Origin: Nocardioides sp.
GTDB lineage: Bacteria > Actinomycetota > Actinomycetes > Propionibacteriales > Nocardioidaceae
DNA: 64,000 nt
Direction of reading: 5' to 3'
Assembly: GCF_035576065.1 (NCBI RefSeq)
Contig: NZ_DATLWX010000006.1
Span: 73,042-137,041, forward strand
Numbering within the stretch: the stretch's first letter is position 1; each line of letters begins with the position of its first letter. This document shows positions 63,660-64,000 of this stretch, piece by piece. The position numbers and the translations under genes were made by a program. The notes beneath the pieces are model-generated. The model was given only the letters and a program-made list of their open reading frames with translations. It made no database searches and was not told the DNA's origin.

Positions 63660-64000
63660 GCAGGACACCCGTCACGCTGATGGACCCGGTCTCGGCCGCA
63701 TGGATCAGCTGGTGCGAGCACGAGAGGGTTCCGGGCAACACCATCCGGCGCCGCCGCTCGGTGCTGCGCTCAGTCGGGAACGCCGGCGTCGCGACCCGGG
63801 AGGAGATCGAGGAGTGGTGGACCACCCGCCGGCACCTCGCCGACACCAGCCGCGCCAACGACCTGGCCGTGCTGCGCAGCTTCTACACCTGGTGCCAGGT
63901 CTGGGAGCACCGCAGTGACAACCCGACCATCCGCCTCGCGTCACCGCGCCCAGCTGCAGGCGCACCGAAGCCCTTCAGTCGCCGCGACCTCGACCAGATC
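63656..64000 (+). CDS. Second tyrosine recombinase/integrase, N-terminal SAM-like domain only (truncated by the window edge)
   Basis: Not in the track because there is no stop. The ATG at 63656 is ATGA-coupled. MSRTPVTLMDPVSAAWISWCEHERVPGNTIRRRRSVLRSV...LAVLRSFYTWCQVWEHRSDNPTIRLASPRPAAGAPKPFSRRDLDQI fits the core-binding domain pattern (..F..W.......NP...L..P......P..l...e...l). Confidence 0.6.
   Translation, partial: MSRTPVTLMDPVSAAWISWCEHERVPGNTIRRRRSVLRSVGNAGVATREEIEEWWTTRRHLADTSRANDLAVLRSFYTWCQVWEHRSDNPTIRLASPRPAAGAPKPFSRRDLDQI

Larger units (their letters stand above)
22607..64000. mobile_element. Integrated temperate phage (contractile-tail type); right end not reached
   Basis: The integrase abuts the tRNA and is followed by an immunity switch, an early operon, an HNH/terminase/portal/protease/capsid module, a sheath/tube/baseplate module and a lysis module. 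Accessory genes extend to the window edge. The exact att cores are not identified. Confidence 0.9.

Noticed and set aside
22607-64000. Named defence systems, reverse transcriptase (retron/DGR), transposases, toxin-antitoxin pairs with clear partners
   Set aside because: I recognised no RT motifs (YxDD), no DDE or Tn3-like proteins, no Walker-A NTPase/nuclease pairs typical of known systems and no cas genes. Only the candidate accessory genes listed in the findings remain.

Overview
High-GC actinobacterial DNA; mycothiol synthase and GlnR point to Actinomycetota, and no finer placement is attempted. All calls come from reading the sequence and the ORF track, so family names are motif-level recognition from memory, with no database search or HMM run. 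CDS coordinates include the stop codon, as in the ORF track. Many starts were trimmed from the track's longest-ORF start to the start best supported by an RBS, a 4-nt overlap, or the neighbouring gene.

Positions 1..22533 are ordinary core chromosome. They hold a partial PAS histidine kinase, a rhodanese/DUF1416 pair, a large secreted repeat protein, a MoaD-like protein, glnR, mshD, ygfZ, a Fur-family regulator, a nitrobindin-like protein, a DsrE-like protein, an esterase, ppk, DUF47 plus Pit, pstSCAB, mutT1, cspA and a beta-propeller protein.

A tRNA-Lys(UUU) lies at 22534..22606. From 22614 to the right edge is a prophage of more than 41 kb:
- tyrosine integrase, ImmA/XRE repressor and Cro switch;
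- a tightly coupled early operon with two ParB-like proteins, a clamp-like/FtsK-gamma fusion, MazG, an HTH initiator with internal iteron-like palindromes and a J-domain protein;
- a promoter-to-hairpin moron;
- HNH, TerS, TerL, portal, ClpP-like protease, decoration protein and capsid;
- a contractile tail module (sheath, tube, G/GT chaperone with a G_GGA_AAC -1 slip site, tape measure, hub with NlpC/P60, spike, gp25-like, J-like, fibre);
- a lysis region containing a membrane-anchored collagen-like protein, an amidase, an EEP-family enzyme and a 3-TM protein;
- an oppositely oriented Ltp-type lipoprotein, then a further coupled operon ending in a second tyrosine recombinase cut by the window edge.

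No CRISPR array, rRNA, reverse transcriptase, transposase or recognisable named defence system was seen. The items I consider most worth follow-up are:
- the two outward-facing recombinases and the odd tRNA/integrase geometry;
- the EEP enzyme in the LysB-like position;
- the ParB / 39-aa peptide / clamp-FtsK-gamma / MazG block;
- the palindromic iterons inside the initiator gene;
- the accessory end holding Ltp and the 62.3-64 kb operon.

The right prophage boundary (attR) is not in the window.
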